From Rhizodiscina lignyota (lineage: Eukaryota): a stretch of 64,000 bases of DNA. The first letter of the stretch is position 1. Each line of letters opens with the position of its first letter. The translations under genes were made by a program, and so were the position numbers. The stretch lies in the NCBI GenBank assembly GCA_010015805.1, contig ML978131.1, positions 310,001 to 374,000 on the forward strand, given 5' to 3'. The notes beneath the pieces are model-generated. The model was not told the origin of the DNA. It saw nothing but the letters and a program-made list of their open reading frames with translations, and did not search any database. This document shows positions 61,605 through 64,000 of this stretch, piece after piece.

Positions 61605-62274
61605 ACGCCTCGCGCGAGCGGAGACGTAGACCGGAGACGTAGACCGGAAACAAGATACCGTAGACTGCGCTGCGCCCCTCCAGTCCATCGGCACTAGATT
61701 CCTCATTTGCATGAAGACGGTCCTTTTGGTTTCGAGCATCTGCATTTGTATTAGTCCTTTGCGAGTTCTGCTGTATGTAGCCTGATATCAGCATTGAAAT
61801 GAAGTTCGTCAGACAGGCTAATGTGGTGTGCATCCAAAGGCTGACTGCGGCCTCAGGAAAATGAAACGAGAGCTGTTTGTTCAAGAATCAACCCAGTATC
61901 AGAGGCAGGGACTCCTCTCCGGGACTGCCATTCCTAACAAGATAAGGTATCTACGAGAGACAAACGTATACGCATTCAAGCCTGAGCAATGTGCCCATTG
62001 CTTCGTACTTTTAACGCCGGTCTTCCGAAAACGCCACCGTGACGGTGAAAGAGTGGGCTCAGGTAAGTGGCGTCCGGGGAGCAAGTCAGACCTTGCCAGC
62101 GCCTTGACATTTGATCATGCCACACGAGTCAAACTCGGCGGATGGCTGTTTTCGAGAATCTCCGTGTTTCCATCGCAACATTCTGATGCCGCCGCCAGTA
62201 TCGTGATATAGATTCACCGCAGCAAGGGTTCCCTTCATCACGGTGCGGGACGTTGTCCAGTACCAGGGCTTGGC

Positions 62275-63230
62275 CTAGCACGTCTTAAGTGCCGCCCTAT
62301 TAAGGCGATGAGCTGTCACACGATGGTCAGCTTGCCGATCGACAAATTCAAGCGTTTGGCGTTTGGCGTTTGTGCATGATGTTGAGATGTTGCTGCATTT
62401 GTCGTCTGGAGTTGCACTTATCGTCTGGACAGATTGCAGAAAGCGGTGAATTACGTCGTCACTTGGCAGCGGCACACCCGCAACTGGATTCCATTCGGGA
62501 AGCACTCTGGAGACACTCAGGAGTCGTATCAGTCATGAAGACTTGGGCCCATAATAGTGACTTTGGTACGTATCCTTCACAGGCTAGGGACGCGTCTCGC
62601 GTCTCTTGAGAACGACGCTAAACATCTTGGTATGGAGAGCAGTTCAAGAATGCGATACGGAGCACTGTGAGTGGCTGCTTCACTGTCGGATAAAAGAACG
62701 AGAGTGGTCAGGAAATCTCCATTGAGCATCGAATTAGGTCTGGTTGTTTGCCGCTAATCTGAGGGGATAAGGTTCGGCACGAGAATGTCGTAGGGACGCG
62801 GAAGCACGGGAGCGTACCAGTGTAGAGCGTAAGCCAGTAATTGGTCCGAGAGGATCGTGAGCTGCTCCTTCAGGAGGCGGTAATCAGCGGGGAGAGAGGC
62901 CCGAAGTGGTGACAAGTTGATCAAAGTGGTAGGGTAGATGGTCCGGGCTGAGGTGGTGGGCATCCCGTGTGCGTACGAACGAGCGGCAGTAACGTTTGAC
63001 TGAGGCTATCAAAAAATATCTCGTACATCCTTATGGCTGACCACGAGACTGCGATCGGCAAAGATCGTCGAAATCATAGGTGCCCGATATACTGCCGCCG
63101 TAGTAATGGCCAGCACATCTTTTTGGGGCCGCTCGAGCAGGAAGCCCTCGGTCTCGACGCTGTCTTGCATGGCGCCATGTGCAGAGATGCGGGCGACTGT
63201 ACGGTACTGACTCTGTATCTCTGAGAACAA
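62275..63230 (-). pseudogene. Possible decayed gene: ORF pieces separated by in-frame stops
   Basis: ORFs 63009-63230 and 62754-62963 are in the same frame, separated by TGA-TAG and a short open linker. The frame stays open after the TAG at 62754. Confidence 0.3.
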
Positions 63231-63845
63231 ACAGCGAGTTTCATCTTTAAGTACTCAAAGCACAGCAGACTTATGATGAGTTGTATGAGGCGCGAAGCTG
63301 TACAGCAATCTATCCGCATGATGGCCTGACGGTAGAAACCGCACAAATCGGTGTGACCGGTTCCTGAATTGTGTGCACCAGTAGGGTGGTCGAATTATTT
63401 TGATTCGCTATTCGCTCCAGTACCTTGCGTAGCAGTGACGATGGGTGTAGGGGGAATTGATAATACACGCTGCCTGAGGAAGGTGGTTGGGCCTTCGTTG
63501 GGCGAGTCGTGAAAGTGAGGCGGGCAGCAATGCGGATGATTGACGAGGGCATCCATGGCCTTGGGAGAATGCTGCACGCCATGGTGCCTATTGCTGCAGG
63601 GAAACCGCCGCTGTGAGCCTCGTGGGTTCGTTTTGCTACAGACGCCCGTGAGAGAGCTCTGAGAATATTTAATCCCAAAGATGGTCGAGTGTGCACGAGT
63701 ACCTTCGATGATCATCGGGGACGACTAGACTTTTGACTTCTTCGGACCGGTTGAGCTGTGTCCTAAAGCTCTCATCTGATCCATCAGAATAGAGAAGCTT
63801 CTTTTAACTTTTGTTTAAAGCTTGGACAATTCTTTGAGTCATAAA

Positions 63846-63962
63846 ATGGCAGACCCGAATACGTACTTCCTGCCTGGCTACGGCATCTCGCGATCGGTCA
63901 TCCAGAGCGAAATACGTTACTTCTGCGGTCCAGATGCGATCGTGAGGCCCTTTACGCACAAG
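63846..63962 (+). CDS. First exon of an RfeG-like protein, truncated by the window end (MADPNTYFLPGYGISRSVIQSEIRYFCGPDAIVRPFTHK)
   Basis: AAAATGG start; YFLPG.GISR.VIQ..I...G.DA.VRP resembles the RfeG N-terminal domain (from memory); GTAATA donor at 63963. Confidence 0.65.
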
Positions 63963-64000
63963 GTAATACAGTTGATCATGAGCTTTTAAGGAAAGATGTA

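Noticed and set aside
61620..61648. 13-bp tandem duplication after the IDH stop and possible read-through PTS1
   Set aside because: The read-through frame ends in HRH, not a PTS1; this looks like simple slippage, as does the 12-bp duplication at 27368-27391.

Overview
Eukaryotic, intron-containing DNA from a filamentous ascomycete (Pezizomycotina; Dothideomycetes is a guess), with short GT..AG introns and CTRAY-type branch points. About 24 protein-coding genes were reconstructed by hand-splicing the ORF track. Most are housekeeping: proteasome alpha-1, WKF protein, TDP2-like EEP nuclease, QRI7, SPF27, neutral ceramidase, Fic1/Inn1-like C2 protein, S-formylglutathione hydrolase, GUF1, DSS1/CYT-4, CPD photolyase, AtfA, an LRR protein, PP1 and NADP-IDH. 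Interspersed accessory genes are a GT31, an intronless P450, a BBE-like FAD oxidoreductase, a PuuE/PgdA-like CE4 deacetylase, two BTB proteins and an orphan. I found no tRNA, rRNA, transposase or CRISPR. The most unusual features are: (i) a 51-bp tandem array at 44306-44480 whose units each carry a perfect telomere-derived palindrome and which runs into TTAGGG; (ii) a cryptic alternative last exon with a NAGNAG acceptor that swaps the PP1 C-terminus; (iii) a DSS1/CYT-4 with substitutions in RNase II catalytic motifs; (iv) a strong hairpin and two in-frame ATGs at the photolyase 5' end; (v) several stop-interrupted gene relics. I see no convincing multi-gene novel system. All family assignments come from motif recognition, not database searches.
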